From positions 930,001 through 994,000 of the forward strand of contig CP120460.1 in assembly GCA_034226945.1 (NCBI GenBank): a stretch of DNA of 64,000 bases, read 5' to 3'. Below the pieces are notes generated by a model. That model saw nothing but the letters and a program-made list of their open reading frames with translations. It had not been told where the DNA came from and made no database searches. The DNA is from Picochlorum sp. SENEW3. Taxonomy: Eukaryota. A program made the translations under genes and the position numbers. Numbering within the stretch: the stretch's first letter is position 1; each line of letters starts with the position of its first letter. This document shows, one piece after another, positions 49,075 to 61,340 of this stretch.

Positions 49075-51085
49075 TTAACCTATGTGGTGATTCTTTCTTT
49101 TCAATTTGAATTTCAACAACATCGACTGAACATTCTTGTTCTTGTTTATGATTTTACTTCCACTGTATACCATTCCTCCTAAGATGAGGACCATGAGCAG
49201 AGTACGTCCACTTGGAAGGAATGCATTTGATTCTCTGGTTCCAAGATTGAAATAATTACTGCCCGATGACGACGAGAAAAAGTCATCATCATCGTCAATA
49301 TCAAATATCTGTGGATCATATTCAATACCATCCTCTGCAAACGAAATACATCTTTCCACCTGAGATGAAGTCCATGACGGAAACTTCTTGCAACGTGCTT
49401 TTAACTCTGGAATTATTTTGGTCTCCAGCAACATTTGCATATTATTCGTGGAAGAAGATGCATCCTTCTCAGCATCTTGTGCCTCGCCATCTTGCTGCTG
49501 CTGCTGCTGCACTTGTTGCTGCTGCTCTTGTTGTTGCTGCACTTGTTGCTGCTGCACTTGTTGCTGCTGCTCTTGCTCATGCAGTTCATTTGAATCAAAG
49601 GCATCGAGTATCGGTTTTATTTTGATAGCATGCCTCTTAGGTGTGTGTGTGAAGGTTTGATCGCTTTCTTCAACAGCTCTGTCCTGTTCATTCAATTCAA
49701 AGGCTCTTATGACTGAACTATCCTGCGATTCAAGGCCAGACCTTCTTGTGACACAGAGCTTGCAAGACTTCCTGCAATTTTTGAACATATATGCTGAATT
49801 ATTGTCGCACTCTCCTTGTTCGGCCCATTGCTGACATTTCGTATGTGAGTCGGTGCAAGAATCTGGCAAAACGTCCAGCACTTCTGACAACATTGATTCC
49901 AATTCTTCTTCATATTCGTCTACTTTGGAGCATTCCTTCTCCAACTGAGGGGTTCGCATGCAACGCGACCTATGTCGCTCGCAGAGTGCTGCATTTAGCG
50001 TGATAGGCACTTCAACAGACAAGAGGTCGCTAAGCAGTGCAGCTCCTTTGGTTTGAAAGCTAGATGGTCTGGGAGGATGAGGGAAAATTCCGCCCTTTGG
50101 CTTTTCTTCCTCAAGATTCCAAGGAGGACACATAAATGGGTCAAATCCAAAGTGCCAATGCTTATCAAATGAATATTCCTTCTCTGGGCTATGAACTTGC
50201 CACAACAAACCATAGTGGAGCACATGTGGGGGCTCAGAAGTGGCATATCCAGGATATAACATTAGAGACTGGGGTGTCTTGTGCCAAACATTGGCTTTCG
50301 CACACGCAAAACTGTATCCGTACATCTCACTTATCCACGGCTTATCGCCGGGCTTCTTACTGTATGCATCTCCTGTTAAGTGCCATGCTTCAGGGTCTGC
50401 CCTAACATCTTCTGTGAATTTCAACCACATTGGCACCACACGCCTCAAGTCTTGCGTACTCATCAACGTAAATCCCCCTGCATCGTCACTCTTCCGCCCA
50501 ATGGGTCCTGCAAGAGAGTCTTCCCTAGGATGAACCTCTGGAATATGTGTATCAGCAAGTTCATTCGCAACCCCCTTCATATACCCGAAATGAGCAGAGA
50601 TGGCCCAACCTTTCGATGCCCCCAGCTCCTCGGGTACAAATGGACGCCTTATTATCATGTCTGCATCGATGATCAGAACATAGTCCTCCTTCACGTCTGT
50701 CCGTGCGAGGAAATCAATCACAGCAACCGGCTTGTTGTACGCGGGATATACATCGCCAGTCCTGGGATGATGCGTGTACGATGGAGCCACGTGTGAATTC
50801 ACCAAACTCTTAGCTTCCTCTGGCATCTGATCCCATTGCTCCTCCGTGCAACTCACGATCCGAGTCAATGGGCCAGGTTGCCCGGCCTTCCTGTGGCTGT
50901 AGACCATGCCTGCACGTGTGGCAACTTATCATCTAAAGAATAGTCCTTCATCTCTTTCAGTGCGGACTCGACGTACCTAAACTTTGCCACACGAAATACT
51001 GACCACATTCCGCAGGAAAAGCCGTATGCACACTTGCACCGAACACGCGGTCGGCCAAGAATACTACAAACAGAAGCAATCTCAT
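49075..51085 (-). CDS. Peptidyl-serine alpha-galactosyltransferase-like (SERGT1/HPAT family) with ShK domain, poly-Q and C-terminal TM
   Basis: VHTAFPAECGQYFVWQSLG|MVYSHRKAGQPGPLTRI, YPAYNKP, IDADM and WISEMYGY; ShK-type CTDSHTKC..CRKSCKLC. Confidence 0.88.
49490..49582 (-). repeat. Coding CAG/CAA poly-glutamine repeat
   Basis: QEQQQQVQQQQVQQQQEQQQQVQQQQQQ. Confidence 0.9.
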
Positions 51086-51110
51086 AGCTATATTTAAAAT
51101 AATTACAGGA

Positions 51111-51887
51111 TTAGCGTTTCTTGTATGTGCAAGCCTTGAGAACCGGCCATTCGACAACCAAATTCTTCTTCCTGTTCTTCTTCTTTTGCAGTACAATCGT
51201 GAAAAAATGGCTGTTTTGATCGACTGTTTTTGACCTTAGATCGAATCCTAAAGCTTCGATGGCACGAATCAATTCATGGACCAGATTATTGCCCTGGTCA
51301 TCCATGCACCTACTTTGGACCTCTGCAATCCAGAGCCAGCCCTTCTCCTTCAGCACCCTCATGGCTTCTTCGATAAAAGACCCATAATCTGTTCCCATCA
51401 GCGACAAACAGAATATAGCGGCGTCCACAGACTCGTCTTCTAGTGGTAATGATGCTATGTTGCAGACAGTGACGTTTGGAGCTGACGAGGACAGGTCAAA
51501 GTTCTGAATATTTTCCTGCTTGGCTCGCCTTGAAATTTCAGCATCGCCGCAACCGAGATCCAATACCTTCCACTCTTCAGGGCGTTTGGATAACCATTCA
51601 ATAGCTTTGTCCACCGGTCTCTCCGGCCATTGCTTCGTCTGTTCTCTGAATCCTTGGTGATATTCACGATACAGTTCAGGATTCTCCCGTAGCAAGACCA
51701 TCGCCTCATCACCACTCCTGGTATATAGGACTTCATTCAACCATCTAAATTTACTACCTTGTAGTTTTTCTTTGAACGACTGCAGAACACTCTTCTTCTT
51801 GTTCCCTGCACGCGACCTAACAGAGTGTAGAGTGTTCTTGTGCCTCTTGTTCCCCTTCTTTGTGTGTTTCTTGGACGAATCCTTCAT
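51111..51887 (-). CDS. RRP8: rRNA-processing methyltransferase RRP8
   Basis: LQGSKFRWLNEVLYT, YHQGFREQ..WP, DLGCGDA, FCLSLMGT and LKACTYKKR; the ORF is open upstream to 52025. Confidence 0.95.
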   Translation of the reverse strand: MKDSSKKHTKKGNKRHKNTLHSVRSRAGNKKKSVLQSFKEKLQGSKFRWLNEVLYTRSGDEAMVLLRENPELYREYHQGFREQTKQWPERPVDKAIEWLSKRPEEWKVLDLGCGDAEISRRAKQENIQNFDLSSSAPNVTVCNIASLPLEDESVDAAIFCLSLMGTDYGSFIEEAMRVLKEKGWLWIAEVQSRCMDDQGNNLVHELIRAIEALGFDLRSKTVDQNSHFFTIVLQKKKNRKKNLVVEWPVLKACTYKKR

Positions 51888-52136
51888 TTTAAGTATTTTA
51901 TTTGAATATGTGCCATTCCACGTACGCATGGATAGACATGAATGCAACACCTGTCTCGAGATGTCCTGTTTTCTTTGTCGGAACTTTGATGACTCCTTGT
52001 CGCCCAACACCTTGTGATATCCCACGCAAAGTACTATTATCTATCCTGAGACTGTGTTTCAGTTCGGTTGACGAAGTTCAGACGATCGAATACGTTTAAC
52101 GAAGCAAAACTATCTCTCGCGATGCCATTTCATAGG

Positions 52137-52143
52137 TATATAG
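52137..52143 (+). promoter_or_regulatory. TATA-like box upstream of the permuted tRNA
   Basis: TATATAG about 40 nt before the 3' half. Confidence 0.55.
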
Positions 52144-52180
52144 CAGAGAGAAAATTCTGCTCCTAGCACACACAATGGTT

Positions 52181-52273
52181 CACAGGAGGTCCCCAGTTCA
52201 ATTCTGGGTTCGAACAGAAGTGCATTGCACTCGTCAGTTCGAATGGTCTAGTGGTTATGATTCCTGTCTAACA
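52181..52273 (+). tRNA. trnV-AAC: Circularly permuted tRNA-Val(AAC): 3' half 52181-52216, spacer 52217-52236, 5' half 52237-52273
   Basis: The rejoined halves fold into a full cloverleaf: acceptor GTTCGAA/TTCGAAC+A, D loop AGTGGTTA, anticodon arm CCTGT-CTAACAC-ACAGG, T arm CCCAG-TTCAATT-CTGGG. Confidence 0.92.
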
Positions 52274-52285
52274 TATCGATATCAA

Positions 52286-52298
52286 TTTTGCAATTTTT
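52286..52298 (+). terminator. Pol III oligo-T terminator after the tRNA 5' half
   Basis: TTTTGCAATTTTT 13 nt after the 5' half. Confidence 0.6.
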
Positions 52299-52394
52299 AC
52301 TTTCAGAGTTTTAGATCCTAATGGCATGGATCACCCTTTGGTTGTACTGACAAGCTTCAATATGACTGATGTACAACCTAAACGCCCTGCAGGG

Positions 52395-52844
52395 CTACAG
52401 CTGTAGGGAAGAATTCTCGACATGAACACGTTCGATGCTTCTCACATGCATACTGCAAATGATCAATCGTCCCCTCCAAGATCCTTCCTTGTTCTGCAAA
52501 AGGAAAAGGTCACAATAAGAAGTATGTGTGTTTCTGTGATTATTTCCCTGTAATTTGTCTGGGCAAACGATATATTCTATATCACCCATGTGCTCTTTTA
52601 CTGCTCTTGTTACTCTCTGATTGACAATCGCCGGTTCCATTGCCACCCTAGTGGTGATTGTATAACGGAAAAAAGGCAGTCGTCTGATGTTCCTAGGAAG
52701 ACTAAATTCTTCGATTGTCTCATCAAAACCCCCTCGGACCTCAGCCCCCTCGCATATCGTCAATAACTTCTGAAGAAGTTCGATTTGGCGGCCATCCTCG
52801 GATTTTCTTTCGCAAGTTTCTTGGAAACTGTCGTCGCTGGCCAT
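52395..52844 (-). CDS. Hypothetical protein
   Basis: ORF of about 150 codons starting MASDDSFQETC; no recognised motif. Confidence 0.35.
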   Translation of the reverse strand: MASDDSFQETCERKSEDGRQIELLQKLLTICEGAEVRGGFDETIEEFSLPRNIRRLPFFRYTITTRVAMEPAIVNQRVTRAVKEHMGDIEYIVCPDKLQGNNHRNTHTSYCDLFLLQNKEGSWRGRLIICSMHVRSIERVHVENSSLQL

Positions 52845-53953
52845 GGTTCGTTCGTTTTGAGAGAAAAAGAAAGCAAGAAAAAACCCGAAAAGCACTCTAT
52901 GCTATCACCGTTGCCTCTGCATATCGGAAATAGTAACATGTCTATAAATCGTTGTGAATCGGATAGAACAAGCCGCGGCAAAGTGTTTGTGACAGAATTG
53001 TTGATTCGAGATGATCGAGTACTAGATGTCGCTCGCAACCGCGCGGTTGAAACCGTTTGTAGTGATAAAAACGGGTTCAGACACATAAATACATCAATAT
53101 TTCATATCTATGTGATACTTATCACATATGACAGTACGTACAAGAGTTTCGGTTCGAAGTTGACTTTGCGTTCGACTACTCTGCTCTACTCTCAGCACTT
53201 GAGAAGAAAAGACAGTCGGTACCTAAACAGAGAATAATTACTACTGTTGTTTGGTATATAATATGAATTGGAGGGTCATTACATGCTGCAGTGCCTCATG
53301 ATGGCGGAGTTTTGCGGATTGATTCTCGAATAGTCTGCCCTTCAAATTTTGAAAGCGCGGGTAAATTCAAAATCCTAGGATTCAATTGACATGCCCTGTC
53401 AAAGGCTCTTTTTGAAGGGATCGTGGGAAACCCTTCCCCGAGATGGTAAATGTATCCCATCAAAAGGAACGTTTGACCGGACATAGAAGATATGTTAGGA
53501 GATGTGAGACTCTCTTGGTCAAAATCGACTTGTGGTGTGATTACAGATGAATGTAGATGTGTAGAAGAAGACAATGATGTAGAAAAGGTAAAAAAACCTG
53601 GCTGTGAGGCAGACGTCATACCACTAGACCACTCGAGCAGACCTCAGTGAGGACAGATGTATACATATGCTCAAGCGCAGAATTGAACTGCGGACCTTCT
53701 GCGTATTCACTATGTTCATTCCATCAATTTACTGTTGAATATGAAGTCATTGAGTTGTATTTCTGACTCAAAAAATATTTTATATACGATGATATCAAGT
53801 GAAATGGCCCAGGCTACCTGACAACAGATGAACAGATGAGTGAGAAAACTCTGACTGAGACGGAATAGGGGCTGCCTGGTGCTCATTTTAGTGTCGACAA
53901 TAGAAATTCTTACATGCTTACATGCTTTCTTCTTCTTACAGAGAAGGCTGCAA

Positions 53954-55698
53954 TTATTTCTTGGGAATTTTTGTGACTTTCCCAATAGCAATAGTGCGAC
54001 CTTCATCGCGCAAGGTGAATCTTCCAAGCTGGGGGTTTGATTGGAAAGATTCCACACAGATGGGCTTCTCAACAGCAATGCGGGCGATGCATATGGATCC
54101 ACTCTTGACAAATTTCGTTTTCTTCTTCTCCTTGGTTTTCGGATCGATGGCTGCGACGATCTTCGTTACTTCGCACTCTTCCACTATAGAGTGTAAATGC
54201 AAAATTGCCGTGTATCCTCCTGTCAGGATGGGTTTGTGTTCCAAGAGGTCCAATACTACAATCTGTGCTTCAAACTGGTGTACGACTGGAACGAGCTTGT
54301 TACAGTCTGAAAGCACAAAGCCAGAGGAAACTTCATCCTCTTCTATGCCAGCCAGACGAAGCCTCAAATTCTCCCCAGGTCGAGCTGCGTTGACCTCGTT
54401 CTCATCTCTCCACACAGTTGTGACTTTCACCTTGACCTTGTTGGGCATCATCATTAGCTTGTCTCCTTTAGCAACAACACCTGATTCGCATTTTCCCATC
54501 ACTACTGTGCCCATGTCCTTGTATTTGTCCATAACTGGCATGCGGAACGGAGCAAAAGGATCCCTACTGATTGCTTCGACATCATCAAGAATGTCAAAAA
54601 ATGGCTTTCCGTTGTACCAAGGGCAGACATCCTTGCTAACAAGTTCCTTCATATTGTGCCCCATAAGTCCTGAGATGGGAATATAAATCAAGTCCTTTTT
54701 TGGATTGTACCCGCACCCTCTAAGAAAGGGAGATAATTTTCCAACAATCTCATCATAACGCTGTTGTGACCAAGCATCTTTATCCTCAACGATAGAAGGA
54801 TCGTCCATTTTATTGATAGCAACAATGAGTTTTGAGACCCCTAGTGTCTTGGCCAACTGTGCATGTTCTCTGGTTTGGCCACCTCGCTCAAAGCCTGTCT
54901 CAAACTCTCCCTTTCTCGCAGAAATCACGAGCACTCCGATATCAGCTTGCGAAGCGCCTGATATCATATTTGGTACAAAAGACTTGTGCCCCGGTGCATC
55001 CAAAATGGTATACCTTTTTCTTGTTGTTTCAAAATGAGCTCGCCCAACTTCAACAGTCTTACCCTGCCAATAGAGCAATACAACCTGTCAATTGGGAGAA
55101 GCACAACCATTGGATTCGTCATCAACGTACCTTGGCCCTTTCCTCTTCGTTGGTGTCCATGATGTATGCCATGTACCAACTCTCTCTATTCTTTTCTTTC
55201 GCTTCTCTTTCGTACTTCTCTATTGTTCTGTCATCCACACCGCCTGTCAGAAATAGAATTTGTCCGGCAGTGGTACTCTTTCCTGCATCAACGTGGCCTA
55301 TAAAAACCACATTCATATGCTCTCTGCACGAATATCGCATTTCCGTCATGAACATGGGGTCCTTGTACAGGGGAAATACAAACTCTGACACACCTGCCAT
55401 CCTCCTCGTCGAGTTCTGTCAGCACTCGCTCAATCTTTTCCTTTCTATGTGCCTCATCTTCAAGTACGTCATCATCATCCTTCAGAGAAGCGCTGGCCAT
55501 TTTGTCTTCTACGGCCACTGCCGATGGAACCTCTTTGCTTTCTTTCTCCCCTGGGTCCTGATCCGTTTTTTCAGTTTCGCTTGTTTTACCTGATGGCACA
55601 AATGTAGCAACTGTTGGATTAAAAGAGAATGATGCCGCTGAAGGATTCAAATTCGTCGTTTTCGAACCCTCCGCGTGTTCTTCCCAAGAGTCTGACAT
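53954..55698 (-). CDS. eRF3: Eukaryotic peptide chain release factor 3
   Basis: PAM2 LNPSAASFSF; GHVDAGKST; GKTVEVGRAHFET; DAPGHK; NKMD; QLGRFTLRDEGRTIAIGKV. Confidence 0.96.
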
Positions 55699-55984
55699 GT
55701 TTGTGTAGTCTTCTCGGCGACTGACTCTAATGCCCCACGATCAATGTGCTCGTGACAGATACAGATTGTTTCTTTAAAATAAATGATTGCTGACCTGTCT
55801 CCGCCCTTGCGCCGTATCATCATCACTGTGCATGCGTCGCACCGCATGCTGCGCAGCACGCGGTCAACAGAGCTCTTTGAAAGGATAATGCGCCTTCAGT
55901 TTCCATCCCCACGATCCAGCTGCAAGGACAATTCCTGGGCTATCTGCTGCTGCCCAAATAAATTCTAAGAACAGGAAAAAGAAC

Positions 55985-57791
55985 ATGCACCTGGCCACAT
56001 TGCATCATCGCGCTCTGTGCGGACAGAGTGTGCTCGTTGGAGACCGTGCACAAGGGCAGGAAAGGCGCAGCCGTTTAATTGCAGCGTCTGCGACAACGCC
56101 AAAGCGAAATGATCAAGTAACCCTTCTTGATTACGGTACGTCATCAATGCGCGTTCATTTTGACAAAACCTGGGACTTACGCTCGAGGGTTGCATGTGTG
56201 AGCAGGTGCTGGTAACATACGTAGCATCAAGAATGCGATCAGGAAACTTGGATACTCCATCAAAGAAGTTGAACACCCAAAAGATATTAGCAGCGCGGAG
56301 AAGCTGATATTTCCCGGCGTCGGAGCGTTTGGGCAAGCCATGGAGATTTTGAAAAAGAGGGATTTTCTTAATCCTCTGAAGGATTATATTTTGGCAGACA
56401 AGCCATTTTTCGGCATTTGCATAGGAATGCAGGTGCTTTTTGAGGGATCAGAAGAGGATGGAGGCAGCGAAGGTTTGGGAATAATACCAGGTGTAGTGGG
56501 CCGTTTTGATTCAGCAAACGGTTTACAAGTGCCCCATATCGGCTGGAATACCATGCATCAAAGGCGCCCTTCGGATTTACTATCTTCAGTTGGAGATAAG
56601 AGGGTTTACTTTGTGCATTCCTATCGAGCCACCCCAAACGAAAAGAATGATCCATGTGTGCTAGCAACTTGTGATTATGGCTGTGAATTCATCGCAGCAG
56701 TCAACAAGAATAATTTATATGCTACTCAATTTCACCCAGAGAAGTCTGGAGCTTTGGGGCTTAAGATAATTGATTCGTACCTAGGTGGTGGAGGGTCGTC
56801 AGAGGCTCAAGACGAGGACGCATCACTGGGACCTCCAGGTCTGGCAAAGAGGGTCATTGCTTGCTTGGATGTTCGTGCAAATGACCAGGGAGACCTAGTT
56901 GTCACTAAAGGAGACCAATATGATGTTCGGGAGAGTGCAGGCCCTTCTTCAGGAAACGTGAGAAACTTGGGGAAGCCGGTAGAACTTGCCCAGCGGTACT
57001 TTGAAGAGGGCGCTGATGAGGTGACGTTCCTAAACATCACAGGTTTCAGAGATTTTCCTCTAGGAGACTTACCGATGCTTGAGGTTCTGAAACAGACATC
57101 TGAGAACGTATTCGTTCCTCTCACTGTTGGAGGCGGGATCAGGGGTTTTACCGATGCGAATGGGAAAAAATATACTGCTCTGGAAGTGGCAGCAGAGTAT
57201 TTCAGGAGTGGTGCAGACAAAGTGTCAATCGGAGGAGATGCAGTGATCGCGGCAGAGGAGTATATTAGGAATGACGGTCGGATGGATGGACAAAGTTGCA
57301 TTGAGCAGATCTCAAAGGTCTATGGAGCACAAGCTGTGGTGATCTCTATTGATCCCAGGCGTGTATATGTCAGCGAGCTAGACGAGACTCAACATCATAC
57401 GATACGAACGAATAAGATAGGCCCAAAGGGAGAAGAGTACTGCTGGTGGCAATGTACTATAAAAGGAGGGAGAGAGGGCAGAGATATTGATGTCGTGCAA
57501 TTGGCCATGATATCTGAAAAATTGGGGGCAGGAGAAATTTTGCTGAATTGTATTGACAATGATGGGGTAGGACAGGGTTTCGATATTGAATTGGTAGACC
57601 TAGTTTCGAAATCTGTTTCAATTCCTGTCATTGCAAGCAGTGGGGCTGGGAACCCTGCCCACTTTACTGATGTATTCCAAAACACTGCAGCTTCAGCTGG
57701 TCTGGCAGCCGGCATTTTTCACAGACAGGAGGTTTCTATTGATCAGGTGAAGCAAAACATGTTAGTCAACAAGATACCAACTCGATTATGA
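55985..57791 (+). CDS. HIS7: Bifunctional imidazole glycerol phosphate synthase (HisH-HisF), plastid transit peptide
   Basis: LLDYG|AGNIRS, PGVGAFG, GICIGMQ, TQFHPEKSG and LAKRVIACLDVR. Confidence 0.96.
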
Positions 57792-60204
57792 ATTACATGT
57801 ATTATTTTTTTTTGGAAAAGCTACCTCGACAACTTTCACAACCTTCTGCCCCTTTGATACATACATTAATCGAATCTTCATGACAACCTTGTCACTCCCA
57901 TGGGTAACTATCCACATTTTTTGAGTAACAGGACTGCTGTGCGGCGCAATCTTCCCAGCTGAGGCTGCCTCTAAACGGAGTTTCATGTGTTTGGGAACAG
58001 CTGCCTGTACTCGAAACTCCTCCATAGTCGCATCGGTCTGATTGTAATATTTTGCTGAGAAGTGTATAGTGCTGTTGTCATCACAATTGGAATCAAAGAA
58101 TTGCACATCTATTTTTATGGTCTCATCTCTATACGCTTCAAAGGTAGATGTGCTATCTTGAGTTGCCTCATCAATACCGAGGAGTTTGGTCAAATCCACT
58201 GAAGATTCTTGGTCCTGCAGATCTACAGATGATGCTGGATCTGCTACTTCGTCCATACCTTCCAGTGCGGGTATGGGGCCGAAAACAGTATCATATATAG
58301 TCTTGTGAGGGTACAAACAAGTGATCTCCATGCTTCTGTTCTGACTCTCAATGGAGATGCTCTTATTCATTTTACTGACAATGGAATACATCTTCTCCCT
58401 GTCATCACTAGATTTGGTTCTGGCACAAACCTTTCCCAGTGCTACCAATGCATATGAGTGGCAAGACTGGGGAAGATTAGAATCAATGGTGACTTTTTCC
58501 GCCAACTCAATAAAAACCGGAACCTTGTCAGCCTGGATGTACTCACCGCAGAGCCACAGAGAAACTTGGGTGAGAGCTGCATTGCTGTCTTCTTTGCAAT
58601 CTTGCCAAGCCGTGATATACTTATCAGCGGTATACTGATGAAGATCTTTAGCATTCAAAATTGTTACGATCAATGAGCGACAGGCGTCCTCGCTAACATA
58701 TTCTCCACACTCCACTAGAATATTCAACATGGAGTCGATGTACCAGGAAGGATCCATGGACAGTTTCTGGATCAGAATACAGGTTTTATCGGCAAGTTCC
58801 TCTCTAAAAGATTTATCACATATCTTCAGATATTCTATCAACTCTTGCACTATTTCTTTTGCATTTCCTGGATTGACAAGAGCAAACACAAGATCCAACG
58901 CTTTCCTCCTGATTGAATCGTCATCATCTCGCACACATTCTAAAACCACACTCTTGTGCCGCTGCATCGCCTGTGGATCCTCGGATATTGTATTGAGAAG
59001 CAATGATAGAGATATATAACGCATATTATTGTCTCTATATCCGAGAAATCGCCCCAATGTATTCACTGCAAGAACTCGAAGGCCTCCAATACCTTTGACT
59101 GCCATTATCGTTTTCACGCATTCGTACAAAACAGCATTACCAGCTGGCTTGTTATTATCTACATTGGTAGCTACCTGAGCTAAAATATCACTGATAGAAT
59201 CCCCGAGACTCTCATCATTTTCACTGAGCAAACGGAGCAAATGCAGAATTTTCACTTGGAGATACGGGTCTGACACTCCATTTACATCATACTCTGCAGC
59301 AAAGCCTCCTGACACGAGAACTTTTAGTATGCGACACAAAAGTGGAGCAGATTGTGCTATTACAGCCCTAAACAATTTCTCCGCTGTAGCGATATCAATC
59401 ATCAATGTTACCCCTGTCAGGACAACTGCATGGTTCCTCTCATGGAGCTGCTCCATCGCCCGATCAACAAAAGCTTCCATCATATCGGGCATTTTATGAA
59501 CTATTCTCCTAGCACACAAGGCGGCTTTTTTCCGTATATATGGATTTGGACTTGCCAGCAATCGATCGACTTCCGGCGAGAGGTCCCTAGCCATCTCTGA
59601 GGAGCATATATTGCCAAGTGCTGTCAAGGCAAGACCGATGACATACTGATCCTGACTGTTCAAATCATTTTTCAAAGAATTAGTGACAAGCATCAAAACC
59701 TCTTGGCGCTCATCAAGTAAAAGCATCAACCCAAGATACCCCACCCTCTGCACATGGAAGAAGAGCACCAGCTCAGACAGTGACACATGGACCAAACAAT
59801 ACGCATATGTCACACCTTATCAGCAAATCCATTTGAAGCAACTAGTTTCAATGTTTCCATCTGCCCAAAGTGCGTTGGATAACCAAGCATGTGCATAAAC
59901 ATGAGTTTTGCAACATTCCTGCAGTGATACAACCGTAACCAATTGTCACCCTGTTATAGCCGACCACGCTGGTACTTATGACATTACCTGTGTCTATATC
60001 TACTATTTTGTTCTTTGAATGCTTTTCTGAGTGCCGCTGCCTCCTTAGCGATGATATTCCGCTCGTCCTGGGCAGTTTTACTTTGGCGAACGCTCCGAAT
60101 GAGATCCCTGAGGATACAAAGTCAGCATTTTAGAATGATAGTTTTTTGAAATACGATCAAAAGAAGCGAGTCTCGTGGAACACGCACCGCAGTTTGCAAG
60201 ACAT
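57786..60204 (-). CDS. AP1G: AP-1 complex gamma adaptin
   Basis: [34 protein letters not shown] and [19 protein letters not shown]-terminal ear QAAVPK. Confidence 0.95.
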
Positions 60205-60260
60205 TTCGGTTACGATCGTAGCGCTTCTCTCCGGATGAACAAACTTATTCTTACACAAAT

Positions 60261-61340
60261 CTAATAGTCGAATGATTTCAGAAATATTGTTGCCTTGGAA
60301 GTGCCTAGAACCTTGCTGAAGTACGCCATGATGGAGGACGTGTCATCAGTCTCTTCATCCTTCCCAACAATCACCCCAAGGGCTTGTTCTTCTCTCATCA
60401 TCGACAATATCTTCTCTGTTATCTTCCTGGAGCTCTCTCTCGCTTCAGCAGTGTTATCATTCAGACCTTGTGCAAGATAGACAATGATCCTATCCAATCC
60501 AACCTCCAGTATCGTGGCAGCAGTACACTGGCTGCCCCCAATAACCATCAAGAGCAGGCTCATGATTCTCCCACGCACTTTTGGATTCTTGTGCTCAGCA
60601 TATGGCAGCAAGGCATTCATGACGCTTAACGAGGACAAAGACTGTGCCATTTCCTCCAGAGAAGCAACAGCCTCCTCCACTACGAAACGTTTATCATTCG
60701 ATGCTGCTTTCAGTAACAACTGTGACAGCAAGCTGGTACTCGTGCTACCGCCATCAATCAGGTCGGCCATTGAGATAGGTATATATCGAAATAAATCTCT
60801 CGACGTGATTATCGCACTTTTGGAAAGAGCACTTCGAGGACTGCGGATGGCCTTCACCACGAAAGGAAGCAAACTCGAGACAACACTGTCACATCTGACG
60901 GGTTGATGAACGGCAAGGCTCCTAAGACCGTTCATTCCCGAACAAACTCTAACCCATTCTGTCGATTTTAGCTGTGCTTCTACATCCAAGACGAATTCAT
61001 CTAGGGCGCCTTCAGCAATGGGAGCCAACTCTGAGACTGAGGGATATGTGACCTCCACGACCTTCGGTTCGCCTCCGTCCGGAAGCTTGTGCATACAATT
61101 ATGATTCTCTTGCTCTTCTTTTATGGTACTGGGTTCTCTACAGGAGAGTTTCTCGCCCCCAAGAGGGTGCGACAGTACCCCTCTTCGAGCTGATCCCTTC
61201 ATGTCCGGGTTCCCACTCTCCAGTCTCTGATTCAGTGGTTTCGGCGTCAGCACAGCACAAGGCTCCTCAGGTATATCGCACGGTTGATGCTCAGATACCC
61301 CGTTGTTCAAGCGAACTCTTTGGCTCCTTGTCAAAACCAT
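60261..61340 (-). CDS. TOG/CLASP_N HEAT-repeat protein
   Basis: IRSPRSALSKSA, LLLKAASNDKRFVVEEA, HKNPKVR and LNDNTAEARE. Confidence 0.85.
   Translation of the reverse strand: MVLTRSQRVRLNNGVSEHQPCDIPEEPCAVLTPKPLNQRLESGNPDMKGSARRGVLSHPLGGEKLSCREPSTIKEEQENHNCMHKLPDGGEPKVVEVTYPSVSELAPIAEGALDEFVLDVEAQLKSTEWVRVCSGMNGLRSLAVHQPVRCDSVVSSLLPFVVKAIRSPRSALSKSAIITSRDLFRYIPISMADLIDGGSTSTSLLSQLLLKAASNDKRFVVEEAVASLEEMAQSLSSLSVMNALLPYAEHKNPKVRGRIMSLLLMVIGGSQCTAATILEVGLDRIIVYLAQGLNDNTAEARESSRKITEKILSMMREEQALGVIVGKDEETDDTSSIMAYFSKVLGTSKATIFLKSFDY

Noticed and set aside
53922..55593. Long plus-strand ORFs opposite eRF3, and similar shadow ORFs elsewhere
   Set aside because: They are antisense shadows of well-supported genes and have no motifs of their own.
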